Assembly (NCBI GenBank): GCA_951406725.2
Contig: OX597815.1
Span: forward strand, 27,032,001-27,096,000
DNA: 64,000 bases
Reading direction: 5' to 3'
DNA from: Octopus vulgaris
Taxonomy: Eukaryota
Shown here: piece after piece, positions 25,711 to 38,194 of the stretch
How positions within the stretch are numbered: position 1 is the stretch's first letter
Layout: each line of letters starts with the position of its first letter
Translations under genes and position numbers: made by a program
Notes under the pieces: generated by a model
Databases searched by the model: none
What the model was told of the DNA's origin: nothing
The model's input: only the letters and a program-made list of their open reading frames with translations

Positions 25711-25739
<29 letters not shown>

Positions 25740-25758
<19 letters not shown>

Positions 25759-25851
25759 GATATATATACATGTATGTATTTATATATGCATGTGTATATA
25801 TAGAGAGAGAGAATATAGAGATAGAGAGATAGATACATAGATAGACAGACA

Positions 25852-25894
<43 letters not shown>

Positions 25895-26062
25895 AAAGAT
25901 AGATAGACTGACAGGCAGGAAGACAGACAGGCAGGCAGGCAGGCAGACAGATAGATATATTTATATATATTGAAGATGTATTTATATATGCATGTGTATA
26001 TATATATACAGAGAAATATAGAGATAGAGAGATAGATACATAGACAGACAGACAGACAGACA

Positions 26063-26110
<48 letters not shown>

Positions 26111-26170
26111 TAGATAGACTGACAGGTAGGCAGACAGACAGATAGATATATTCATGTATATATATTGAAG
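25740..26170. repeat. Compound microsatellite (CA/GA/TAGA/CAGG) duplicated as ~200-bp blocks
   Basis: atgtatttatatatgcatgtgt...gagatagatacatagacagacagac(ac)n agaaagatagatagactgacagg occurs twice. Confidence 0.85.
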
Positions 26171-26429
26171 ATTAATAGACTGAAACTTTGATGTTACTGT
26201 CACCCTACATTTTGTAAATATTTCATAAACAGGTGCTTTACTAAAAAGTATTGAGTAATGCTTCGGTATAACATTAATTATTTTTATGTTTAACTAGACA
26301 TTAAAAAATCGAACATTAATATATGTATTTTACATATATGTAATATACAGTATATATACATATACACACAAACATATGTATCCATGGTGTGTGTATATAT
26401 GCGGGTAAGTTCAATGTAGCTATGTCCAC

Positions 26430-26806
26430 ATGTATGTATATGTGCAAATATGTATGTATGTATTTATAGACGTATGTATTTATAGACATATGTATGTAAG
26501 AGTGTATGTATGTATGTATGTATGTATGTATGTATGTATGTGTGTATGTATGTATGTATGTATGTATGTATGTATGAATGTATGTACGTATGTAAGTCTG
26601 TCTGTATGTATGTATGTATGTATGTGTGTGTGTATGTATGTATGTATGTATGTATGTATGTATGTATGTATGTATGTATGTATGTATGTATGTATGTATG
26701 TATGTGTGTGTGTTTATGTATGTGTGTATGTATGTATGTATGTATGTATGTATGTATGTCTGTCTGTATGTATGTATGTACATATGTGCATGTGTGTGTG
26801 TGTGTC
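26430..26806. repeat. (TATG)n/(TG)n microsatellite
   Basis: Direct inspection. Confidence 0.95.
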
Positions 26807-28523
26807 TGTCAGTGTAATATCGATACATGACTGCACCAAACATGTTTTTGGAAAACGTCCCCACGTTTTAGACTTCCACAGCACATCTACGTATCGGGTA
26901 ATATGAATGTGTTTATTCCATGTAGTACAGATGCATGCTGATGTGCACATCTGCAGGGATTAATGTTGTTATCAGTGCATCAAGGAAAATGTCACCATGT
27001 TTATGATGAAAAAAGCAAATTTCCTTCCAAAATTTTATGCTAACAAGAATCAATAACAACTCAATAAATTAGTCATCATTAGATTTTGGTTCCTATAGAA
27101 ACATGTCCTCCCCCACTCCTCACATCGACCTAAAAAGAAGCAACTGAGTTTATAAATATATCCCCACCTTTCTCTCACTCTCTCCCCCTCTCTCTCTATC
27201 TATCTATCTCTGTCTCTCTTTTCTCTTATATATATATGTATATGATATAAATGATGTCTCCTCTGACCACAAGATTTCCAAAGTCAGTTTAGCTATAGGA
27301 ATATATAAGTGGTTCCTGTTATATCAGACAAGAGAGATTACTCTCCTCTGTATACGATAATAGCACATTGCAGTCAATGTTCTCATGTCAGTCAGAGAGA
27401 TGAACATAGCTACTATGAGAAAGGCATCTCCCTTACTCATTTCCCTGCAACTCATCTCCCTATCAGTCATCTTCCCATCATTCATGCAACTTGTATAATG
27501 ACACATAAGACAGGACCTATCCACAGTCAAAATCCTTACCACCATCCTCATCCCTCTACCACTCATAACTATTATAAGGTCTATGTATAACAGATTTCAT
27601 CAGATCTCTTTGTAACCAATACATCTATCTTCAATTTTTTCTGCACTATCAGTCATCACTCACTGTTCCCCAGGCCACTTGTTATTATCAGTCCTCACTT
27701 TCCATTTCAGTGGTTCAAATCTCCATCCTCAGTATGAAAAAGCACTTTTGATAATACATCATCCTGCTTGAAATAGTAACCATATCTCTCAATTTTATTT
27801 GTGTGAAATTCCAAAATTGGTATCCATCTTCTTTGCATACACAAGTAAGGAAGGACATAATATAATTTGTTTGTCCCAATTAACCTCTTTATATTGGTGC
27901 ACATAGCAAGTGACCTGATCTGAGACAATGTGTTAAACTGAAGGAACTACATCGTAAAAGAGCACTTAGCATATAAAACTGTAAAATTTAAATCTAAGTT
28001 TAAACTTCTTTTTCATGAGATGCCAAAATTACTGCAGAAATGTAGAATTTTGCTAGACACCAGGTGGTAGTTGTCACCTCTTGAAACAATTTGAACTGAA
28101 AATGAATTTAACAACTTTGTTATTAAATGGCTCTTTCAAGGTTTGTTCATAATTTTGCTTTATTATTGATTTTTATTTCTGTTGGGAACACCTGTCGTTT
28201 TTTTTCTTTTTGTTTATCAATTAATTCTTTCAAACTTGAATTATTTATTTACATGAAAAATTGTTTTCGTATGGTAAATTAATAATTACAGTATGATATC
28301 ATCAAATACAGATTATAGTCAGAATTTTGTAAACGTTATCATTTAAAGGGTAGCCTGTAGAATTTTTTATGAAACAGTAAAAACTGCAAGAGAATGTGAG
28401 TTATATCTCCTCACAAACCTTACATATGGATCTATTCAACATGACTACAATATTCATTAATATATATTCTGATGAGGAATCAAATGAAAAGGATGTCTGA
28501 TAGTCTGTGTGCTCCTTCCACAT

Positions 28524-28770
28524 ATGAGGTGCATTCAAAAAGTATCTGATTTTATTTTTTCCCATCAAAATTAATGCCACGTGAGAAAAATCCCTTGAGT
28601 GGAAGGTGATGCCATCCTTTCTGCACATGTGTGAAAATGTTTGTGCCAATAGTCCACAAGAGTTCCTAACTGTGATGCCAAGAGTACAGACATGTAGTGC
28701 ACATTCATTTTCACCGAATGCATTGACCAGAGATACTGCATTAATATTTGCCAAAAGCTTTGTGATATTC
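28524..28770 (+). mobile_element. Probable mariner terminal fragment
   Basis: tatgaggtgcattcaaaaagtatc resembles a mariner TIR start; no partner end identified. Confidence 0.4.
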
Positions 28771-29233
28771 AAGATGAAATCTGAAGGAATCCCATTGTAT
28801 ATATATATATATCTACATGAGTGTGTGTATATACATATATATATATTTCAAAAGTCTTCATTTTGGCACACCAAAATACCAGAAATAATTCTGCAGAAAA
28901 TAATTCTCTGCAGTGAATTTTGCCTGTTAAATTTAAATGATAAGGGTGAAAATTGAATATTAATTTGATTAATATCTCAATTTAAAACCAGTGGTCTAGC
29001 ATATTGAAAAATCTGAAGATTCAGAAAAATTATATTACATACATATAAGAGGGATGACCACTAAGTGGACATCCATTATGCTAGAGGTAGACCCCATATG
29101 GTCTGAACACTAAGAAAAGATTGTTCTCAAGAAAATTCCGCAAATACCAGAATGTAAGCAGTAGAACTATATGCACGTTCAATCTCATGCAGACGTCTCG
29201 TGTATAGTTCTGCAAATCATATTTTGCTATGAC

Positions 29234-29306
29234 GATCACACTGATGAATTGCAGACATTTACATAAGTATTACGTAAGTGGTAACAATGAAACCGGGTTT
29301 GTGATT
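29234..29306 (+). ncRNA. Type I hammerhead ribozyme motif (GUU triplet)
   Basis: gatcaca-CTGATGA-attg...caat-GAAAC-cgg-GT-T-tgtgatt; 7-bp stem I, long stem-loop II. Confidence 0.7.
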
Positions 29307-29325
29307 AATCTTTATATTTTGTGTG

Positions 29326-30788
29326 TGGAGAAGTTTCAGACGTGGAAGCAAAGATTAGAATCGAAGGGCCTTAGAGTCAACCTAGCTAAAACCAAAGTCC
29401 TAATAAGTAGGAAGGTAGACAAATCACAAACGCCTTCAGGTAGATGGCCCTGCTCGATCTGTAGAAAAGGCGTAGGTAGGAACTCTATAAGATGCACCAA
29501 GTGTAAGCTATGGACACATAAGAGGTGCAGCAATGTCAAAGGAAAGCTAACTAGGAATATAGTTTTTGTATGTGTCAGATGCTCGGGAGCAATAAACACT
29601 GAAAATGTGCAGAGACCATCTTCCGCCACATTCCAGGGAGAAAAACTAGAAATAGTTGATAGTTTCCATTACGTAGGTGATCAAGTCAGTAGCAGGGGCG
29701 GGTGTGCTGAAAGTGTAACTGCTAGAGTAAGAATAGTCAGGGCAAAGTTCAGAGAGCTCTTACCTCTGCTGGTGACAAAAGGTCTCTCGCTCAGAGTATA
29801 AGGCAGACTGTATGACGCATGTGTACGAACAGCCATGCTACATGGCAGTGAAACATGGGCCGTGACTGCTGAGGATATGCGTAAGCTTGCAAGAAATGAA
29901 GCCAGTATGCTCCGATGGATGTGTAATGTCAGTGTTCATACCCGACAGAGTGTAAGTACCTTGAGAGAAAAGTTGAACCTAAGAAGCATCAGCTGTGGGG
30001 TGCAAGAGAGACGTCTACACTGGTATGGACACATGGTAAGAATGGATGAAGATATTTGTGTGAAAAAGTGCCACACCCTAGCGGTTGAGGGAACCTGTGG
30101 AAGAGGTAGACCCAGGAAAACCTGGGACGAGGTGGTGAAGCATGACCTTCACTCTTTAGGTCTCACCGAGGAAATGACCAGAGACCAAGACCTTTGGAAG
30201 TATGCTGTGTGTGAGAAGACCCGGCAGGACAAGTGAGGCCATAACCCATAGCCCCTACCTGGGACGTAGTCAGTCCACCTGTGCATACCTTCCTTCTTGG
30301 GACACATAACTCTACTTGTGAAGACCTGTTGAGGCAAGTGAAAATCAAAAATCAAATCAAAATCGAAATCGATCAACATCAATGGAATTTGTAGTTGTGG
30401 TACCAGTGCCGGTGGCACATAAGAGAACCATCTGAATGTGGCCGTAGCCAGCACCGCATCGACTGGCCTCCGTGCTGGTTGCATGTAACAAACACCATCC
30501 GATCGTGGCTGTTGCCAGCCTCGCCTGGCCTCCGTGCCAGTGGCACGTAAAAAGCACCATCCGAGCATCGCCGTTCACCAGCCTCGTCTGGCACCTGTGT
30601 CGGTGGCACATAAAAAGCACCCACTACACTCACGGATTGGTTGGCGTTAGGAAGGGCATCCAGCTGTAGAAACACTGCCAGATCTGACTGGCCTGGTGCA
30701 GCCTTCGGGCTTCCCAGACCCCAATTGAACCGTCCAACCCATGCTAGCATGGAAAGAGGACATTAAACGAGATGATGATGATGATGAT
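29326..30788 (+). mobile_element. 5'-truncated RTE-clade LINE (ORF 3' part plus composite 3' UTR)
   Basis: ORFs WKQRLESKGLRVNLAKTKV...CSICRK...CTKCKLWTHKRC and MLHGSETW...RRLHWYGH...GRGRPRKTW, one internal stop; (AAATC)n at 30341-30370; tandem subrepeats; (GAT)n tail. Confidence 0.95.
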
Positions 30789-31089
30789 ATATATATATAT
30801 ATATATCTTTGAAGGTTGCTTGTTATGGATGGTCAGAGTCACCATTGGTTTTGCACCTATAAAGCTCTTAACTGTATAGGTGACATGTTAGACTCAAATG
30901 ACTGGAGGCACATAACCTCTCTACAACTGGAGAGAGGAAAATCATCATGGTCAGTTAATTTCATGAACAAACTTTGGAACAAAACGCTTCTGTTAAAACC
31001 TTTGATGAGGTAGTTATCCCCCTTATATCAGTTCCACTTTTGTCTATGATATACCTGCCAAAGATGTCTGAAGATAGCAGCATTTACCT

Positions 31090-31445
31090 TGTCAGAAAAT
31101 GGCGAATTCCATGTTTCAAACACAAATTTCCTCTCATGAAGGCACTGACTAAACATCTCTGTTTTGAAGTTTAAAAGGCCCCTAAGTTAAGTGCATTTAT
31201 CAGGATTCTTGAGGTTTCAACAAAACAAAGCTTACACCATTTGTTTTAGTTATAATATGGTTCCAGTTGTTCTAGAAGCCACCATTTAATTATATATGGT
31301 GTACCCTCATCTTTTAAATGCTATACATAGCTTGCCAGAAATATGATGTTGCATCTCTCTGGTATCCTAAAGAAGACCTGTGATTGCTAAGATGATGCTT
31401 GAACAAACCACCTGAAGACCCCACATATTTCTGCATTTCTATCCC
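31090..31445 (-). pseudogene. Penelope-like GIY-YIG C-terminal fragment
   Basis: KYVGSSGGLFKHHLSNHRSSL, YIIKWWLLEQ, CKLCFVE; homologous to 23150-23490. Confidence 0.75.
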
Positions 31446-31561
31446 TGTACTGGTGGTGTTACAGCTGTTGTTGTCATTATCACTACCAATGCTGTTGTCA
31501 CCACTGCAGGCCCTATCACTGGTTCTGTTGCTGCTGTCATTGCTGGACACAATGCTGGTAC

Positions 31562-31606
<45 letters not shown>

Positions 31607-31744
31607 CCTGCTCGCTTAGCCAGCGGGGTGGCGTCATTTGAAGGCTAAAACAATGCGAAGTGCATTGTGATCAGCGATGTGTAGCAACATCTGATAGCCT
31701 GGTCGGTCATGGTGATCACGGTGATATGTGTATATATATATATA

Positions 31745-31930
31745 GGGAGAATTTACGAAAAAAACAAAAGACGAAGACAGGCGGTGTACAAAACAAACAG
31801 ATGTACTAGTATAACGCTCAGGAATAGAAAAAGTCTTTTACGTTTTGAGCCTACACTCTTCTACAGAAAGGGACACAGAAAAAACAAGGAGAGAAAAAAA
31901 ATATGTATAGTAGCTAACAATCTATAATGG
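31745..31930 (-). mobile_element. Short (TA)n-inserted Penelope-terminus-like element with broken hammerhead-like motif
   Basis: Minus strand cttt-CTGTAGA-a-gagtgtaggctc-AAAACGTA-aaag. Partial copies at 3337-3375, 40955-41050 and 47837-47956 (the last keeps gagcgtaggctcGAAACGTA). Confidence 0.55.
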
Positions 31931-32919
31931 CAACTGAAACTCCTCAGAGTGGTGTCTCAGCATGATTGAAATAATACAATTCCAAATGCAATCAGTGACT
32001 TTTAGTAAAGTCATTTCTGTAATAGGGATTTCAGTTTCAATATCTCAATCAACATTCACACAACCAGTCAATAAAATGGCTCTACCTTATTTTGCCATTA
32101 TTATTCTTTTCTACTCTAGGCACAAGGCCCAGAATTTTGGGGGAGAGAGTCAGTTGATTAGATTGACCCCAGTATACAACTGGTACTCAATTTATCAACC
32201 CCGAAAGGATGAAAAGGCAAAGTCAACCTTGGCGGAATTTGAACTCAGAATGTAAAGACAGACGAAATACTGCTAAGCATTTCACTTAGTGGGCTGACAT
32301 TTCTGCCAGTTCATTATTATCATTATTGAAGCAAATAAAGCATTTTGCAACAGAGAACAATATTTCAACTCATTATAACCAAATCCCTAACCATGCATAT
32401 TGTTATTTCTTTACAGCAAATTATGAGGATAATAAAACATGTAAGAAGATAATGAAGTCCAATATGTAGGAAAGAAAAAGCATTTCTTAACAAAAGGAAT
32501 TTATAATTGGAAAAAAAAATGTCATCAGTGCTTTGAGGAAACCTCAACTCTCTGTATATCACTGTGTTGCTATTTAGCTAGAAGTGCTGGTTCCTAAATT
32601 TAATAATGTTTGGGAATTGTTAGATGAAACAGCAAAAAAAAACAACAAAAAACAGCAGCAAACAAATCACAAATACATAAAAAAAAATGCTGTTTGCTCT
32701 TCCTTTGCCAACAAGGAATAAATATGCAAGGAAATATTGGTTTCAAATTTGAGCATAAGGCCAGCAATTTTGGGGGAGATGGTGAGCTACATTGCTCAAC
32801 TGGTACTTGTTTTATCGACTCCGGAAGAATGAACGGCAAAGTCAACCACAGCAGAATTTGAACTCAGAGAGTAAAGACAGACAAAATGCCCAGTGTTCTC
32901 ACAATTCTGCCACATCTCT

Positions 32920-33127
32920 TTACCCTTTACTCTTTTACTCGTTTCAGTCATTTGACTGCGGCCATGCTGGAGCACCGCCTTTAGTTGAGCAGATCAACCC
33001 CGGGACTTATTCTTTGTAAGCCCAGTATCGGTCACTTTTGCCGAACCGCTAAGTGACGGGGACGTAAACACACCAGCATCGGTTGTCAAGCAATGCTAGG
33101 GGGACAAACACAGACACACAAACATAT

Positions 33128-33174
<47 letters not shown>

Positions 33175-33340
33175 TACAACAGGCTTCTTTCAGTTTCCGT
33201 CTACCAAATCCACTCACAAGGCATTGGTTGGCCCGAGGCTATAGCAGAAGACACTTGCCCAAGATGCCACGCAGTGGGACTGAACCCGGAAACATGTGGT
33301 TGGTAAGCAAGCTACTTACCACACAGCCACTCCTGCGCCT
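32920..33340 (-). mobile_element. Full-length family A SINE
   Basis: Reverse complement of the 1181-1590 type, with (tttactc) tail. Confidence 0.9.
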
Positions 33341-33974
33341 ATTTGTTGCCTTAATGCAAGAAAATATTGCAGAATCATTGTCTACGTTAATACAACAGAG
33401 AGAAAAGTGATTCAAATCTTCTGGATGCACCTCAAGTTAAGAAGCTACATAGAGAACACCAATTTCCTTTCACACTCAACTATGCTTCTTTTTTTTTTAT
33501 TTTAACTCTGTACAACATAAGCCTCTGTATGCAAAATATTTTCTGTTCTGTAATGATTGGTTTTGCTATGAGATATTTACTCAGTTAAGAAGGCATGAAG
33601 CTTTTTACAAATATTGTTAATGCATAAACCAATTAATCTAACAAAGAACAAGCTATGTGTTGGACTGGCACATGCTTTGCAGTCAATGAGGAATTTCTGA
33701 GTTTTTACAGCTTGCCAAACATAAAAATCTTCAACAATATTTTCAGTTATCACAGATACCCTAACAAGACACCAACTACATCAGTACAACTCTGGTAGAA
33801 TATACTTTAATATAGCAAGCAACTAAAACCATGTGGTAATGTAAGTCTCAACTCTTTGCTGTCTCGGCAGTGATTTTGGTAACTTGGACATACACTGCCA
33901 TGGGTGATGTACATAACTGGGCAGATTGTGGCACATATTGGAATCTCCAACTACCATCTGTCCAGGAAGGGTTA

Positions 33975-34412
33975 TAATAATAATAAAATTATTGTATACA
34001 GAGCTCAGGTGCACCACAACTTGTCAAAAGTGCGTATAAGCATATGCAGTAATGTACAAATGTCTGGAAAGTGAACAGTGTATGAGTCAGATACATGCTT
34101 GTGTGTGTATGGAGGGGAGAAAATCAGGTGTAGTGTTGGCGAATCTCAGGAAGCATGGAAGTTTTGAAGGATGCAGTGCTCCAACAACTAACAACTGATG
34201 CTAGCAGTTTGTTCCGTGCTTCAGCAACTCTTAGCATGACAAAATGTTTCCGAAAGCCATGGGAGCTGTGCTGTTTTCTGACTTTGTAAACATGTCCACG
34301 GGTGTTAGACAGATGGAGTTTGAAAAGGTGCTCAGAGTTATTGTTGGTAAGATGGTTAATACTTTTATGGGTGTCTGCCAAGTCAGCTGCCAGACGTCGG
34401 AGTTTCAATGTA
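33975..34412 (-). mobile_element. CR1/L2-type LINE 3' end
   Basis: LKLRRLAADLADTHK...NTRGHVYKVRKQHS...PEIRQHYT; near-identical to 14412-14915. Confidence 0.9.
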
Positions 34413-36508
34413 TCAAGGTTATTGTTATGCCATAAAGTAGCTCGACTGAAATATCACTAAAGTGTATTTTAATTGCCTGTCTGATATCTAGTAGTATAAT
34501 GGGAAGATATCTCTGTTGTCTTATGCTTTAGAAAAGTTGACTGTGGAAATGTTCTATTATTCCATTCACTGCATGATGATATCTTGATATCCAGCAGACT
34601 ATATTAAAATTGCCAGTCTCTGTTGGTGGCTATTGTCACCAGATTTCCAAAATGCAAAATCTGGTGAAAAAGCAATGCTTTTGCTTCTATGGCAGATAGA
34701 ATATGTCTAATTAGAATGTCTCTCGACAACCTAGAGGAATGATCAGTACAAGTCAACAGATACATATAGTCCAGAGCGGTATGTATTGAAAAACGAGCAT
34801 CTGACTTAATGAAAGTTCTTGGAGAAGTTCTAATGTAGCAATGAACTTTTGCTTTCTGACATACAATTTCTAGCCTATTGATAAACACTTCTTTTCATAA
34901 TTAGTCAAATGAAACAAGCTGAAATAAGTTTTTCTGATTCTGCAACTCTCAAATGAGATACATTGTGAAGAGCAGAAAAGACTAAATATCTGTTTAACAG
35001 GCACAAAAGATTATTTTGTGACCAGTAGAAATATCACAAAATATGCTTCACAGAAGCAGACAGAAGAACAAAACAGAATTCTAAAGAAGATCATAAGTGT
35101 TCTTTAATTCTAATAGTTCTTCAGTTGATTCTTGGTCTATAGGAATTTTTTGCAAGTTAATAGAATCACTGGCTGGAGTAAGAATTCATATGGACTCAGG
35201 ATAAAGCATCGTCTGTGCCATTATTCACACTTTTGATATCACAAACATCAGCAGTAAAATGCAATACAAGATCAAGGTGCCTAATTTCCTTTGGAGAATG
35301 ATTTTGCAATTTAGATTGAAGAGCAAAACTTAATGGCCTTTGGTCGGTATTTATGACAAAGTTCCTTCCTTTCAGAAAATAATCAAAATTCTTAGATAAA
35401 TATGCTGCTAATGATACCTGACTGAAAGCGCTATGTCTAATTTTGACAGATTTCAAATACTTCAAAACAAACAACAAAAGTTGCCAGGAATCCTGAATAA
35501 TTTATTGTAAAATGCCATCAATGCTAACATCAGAAGCATCCATTAGTAGAGAAAGATGTGCATCTGGTATCAAGAGAGGTAAAAGAGTGGCCTTGGATTT
35601 CACTTTAATCAAGTTGAATTATTGTTATTCTTCCAGTGTTAAAAGAATGTTCCCACTTTCCCTTTTCTGATTAGATTAACAATCCAGTTAAAGGGTTTAT
35701 CATTTCAGCACAGTGTGGAATGAAACTCTTGAGAAATCCATGTAATTTTCACACTGAAGTGGCACAAAGAAACTACATAACTGTCACAGGGTGAATACCA
35801 TTTCTATCAATGCTATGGCTAGAAAAAGATGAAACACTAAAAAGACATTTACTAGGGTTAATGATCTTTTTGTAATGTACTAATCTAGTGAAGAAATGAC
35901 TTAGATTATGCTTACGCTCCAATTCTGAATTACTAATAATCAACAAGTCATTGATATAAAGAAAACAAAATTCAAACCACTAGCTATTTCATCAACAAAT
36001 CTTTGGAAGGAATTCACAGAATTCTTGAGCTCAAAAGGTATTATAGCAAATTTATATTGTCCATAAGGTGTGATGATAGCTGTCTTATGACTGTCACTAG
36101 TCTCTGTTAGAATCTGGCTGTATGCATGAACTAAACCATTGCACCATTTAGAGAAGATAAGAAATCATGAATGTGAGAAATAAGATACATATCCAACACC
36201 ATTCTGGAATTTAACATTTTGTAGTCCTTACAGGGATGCCAATCACCTACATATGGTACCAGAAAAGCATTTTTAGGATTACCATATGTAGAGGAGAAGT
36301 CCAATTACCAGAAAATGGTCAGATAATACTGAGCTGCAACATGTGTTTAAATTCCTCTTTAGCAATTTTCAGTTTGACTGAAGCAAGGCATCTATGATGA
36401 ACTGAGGGAGGACCAGACGTAACAATATGATATTTTACTGAATGTAACAGCTTTTTGTCTCCATAAACTGAGTATGTTTGGAAATTGACTAAGAAGAGCA
36501 TTACAATT

Positions 36509-36798
36509 TCGAAATCAATGACAGTAAGTTACTAGAAAAACGATAAGTATTTGCAAACAGGTCTCCCTTTCATTGTAAACCGGTGACTGCTGTACGCTGA
36601 AGACAGGCAAATACCTAGAAACTGCAGTCCGTGCATGTCACTTAGGTTTATGAGAGAGTGATGACCTCCCCTTGAAAATACCATAAGTGTGTCTAAAGTG
36701 TGTCTAAAGCCAGCTGGAGACGATGATCTCCTGGGGCTAGAAGCTACAGTAACACCCACCATTAGTGGTTAGCCATATTGAGATGGCTAGTATACTTT
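36509..36798 (+). mobile_element. 290-bp hammerhead-containing retrozyme-like/Penelope-derived insertion
   Basis: 12-bp TSD agcattacaatt (36497-36508, 36799-36810); removing it restores the Gypsy reading NNCNALLSQFPNIL. Confidence 0.8.
36591..36635 (+). ncRNA. Type I hammerhead ribozyme with extended stem I
   Basis: tgtacg-CTGAAGA-c-agg-caaata-cct-a-GAAAC-tgca-GT-C-cgtgca; stem I extends through gtgac/gtcac, aaacc/ggttt, ctttcat/atgagag and ggtc/gacc; first stem II pair is a C-A mismatch. Confidence 0.8.
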
Positions 36799-37291
36799 AG
36801 CATTACAATTGTTAGATGTAAAAGGGACAAAAAAAAAGAGGACTAATCATAGTAGTAATACTATGTATCCACAAGTTAGTCACAGAATCAATGATATTTT
36901 AGATCTACTAGAAGACCAAAATAATGAAGAAAATCAAACAATAAATATTGGATATAGAAAATCAGCTATATCAAAAATCCCAAAGTCCAACATCATGGAT
37001 TTTTCAACATAAAAGGGTATTACTAAATGATTTACAGCTTGCAAAGTAACTGCTTTTGGCTGCTGTATGCCTTGTGAGAAAAAAAATACAAAGGCCATAT
37101 ACTGCATTCAGCATCAGTATTGACTAGAAAAGATTTTGAGGAAGAATCAAAAGCATAAGATAAGCAACTACTTACTACAGAGATGCCAGGGGATGCAGTT
37201 GTTCTTATTCCCCTAGCATCTATGTTTTCTTGTAGCTTAGAAACTGATTGGGAAGTGCAATGTGGTACACAGTCACGGGCATGCAAGTTGT

Positions 37292-37601
37292 TGTTGTTGT
37301 TTGTTCCTTCTCGAGCCATGCCTGGCTCATAAGGGCCAGTTTCCCGGTTTCTTGGCGTATAGGTTCCCAACCTGGATGGGACGCCAGTCCGTCACAGGTG
37401 AGTTGCAAGATGCAGGAGGAAAGAGTGAGAGAAAGTTGTGGCGAAAGAATCAGCAGAAGTTTCGCCATTACCTTCTGCCGGAGCTGCGTGGAGCTTAGGT
37501 GTTTTGCTCATAAACACACACATCGCCCGGTCTGAGATTCGAACCCGCAAGCCCTCGACCGTGATTCCGCTGCTCTAAGCACGAGGCCATGTGCCTCCGC
37601 A
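37292..37601 (-). mobile_element. Family C SINE inserted in Gypsy gag
   Basis: Reverse of the 24755-25060 type; (AAC)n tail; TSD catgcaagttgt / cacgcaagttgt (37280-37291, 37602-37613). Confidence 0.9.
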
Positions 37602-38194
37602 CACGCAAGTTGTATCTATAGTGATACCAACAGTGTGTATTACTTCTCCTGTTAAAACTAGAGGAGCATTTTAGCATCAAATTCTTGGAATTTGAGATGA
37701 AACACTGGGGAAAAAAAACAAGGTCTTTTGAGCTATTCCATTTTTTCCATGAGTACCTGGATTCTGTCCTCTGTAAACTTGTGGAAGCTGCCAATTCTGA
37801 AGATATAGAAGAAATGAAATGGGTAGAGGAAGCAAGAAGTGAAATGTCTGTAATACCATCCATTAACTCTTCCAGTTGATCAACAACACTACAATTTCTC
37901 ACAAAAACTAAAGTAGTTTGCCTCTTTGATGGTAAACATGAGAGGGATAACTGTTTCCTTAAAGGTTCCTTGAGAGAACTATTTTCTTGTTATACAAGAA
38001 AATTAGCAAAAATTCACTAGGAACAGTAGTAAAATGTTGTAATTTATTGTGGCTACTTGTCTGGATTATATAGAAACACATCAGGCACAGTATTATATCA
38101 GCATTGATGTTGTCTCACAGTAGTTAATTCAGTAGTTGCTAGTTTATCAAGTCATGATAGAGATGTCAGGTCACTAATTTAGTTGTAGCATATA

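Larger units (their letters stand above)
34480..38180 (-). mobile_element. Decayed Ty3/Gypsy LTR retrotransposon internal region (gag-PR-RT-RH-IN)
   Basis: Gag knuckle CWYH....ARDCVPHC (split by a SINE); protease FLVNTDAECSI; HIVTSGPP...KLKIAKEEFKHMLQLSII; RT KTAIITPYG...FQRFVDE...YINDLLI; RNase H FVINTDQRPL..AL...PKEIRHLD; integrase ARFS...YLLTC.D. PBS-like tagtgacctgac at ~38164-38175. LTRs not resolved. Confidence 0.9.

Noticed and set aside
26810-27000. Unique CpG-containing island as an exon
   Set aside because: Splice sites are weak on both strands and the phase-1 minus frame is closed; could be regulatory but unsupported.
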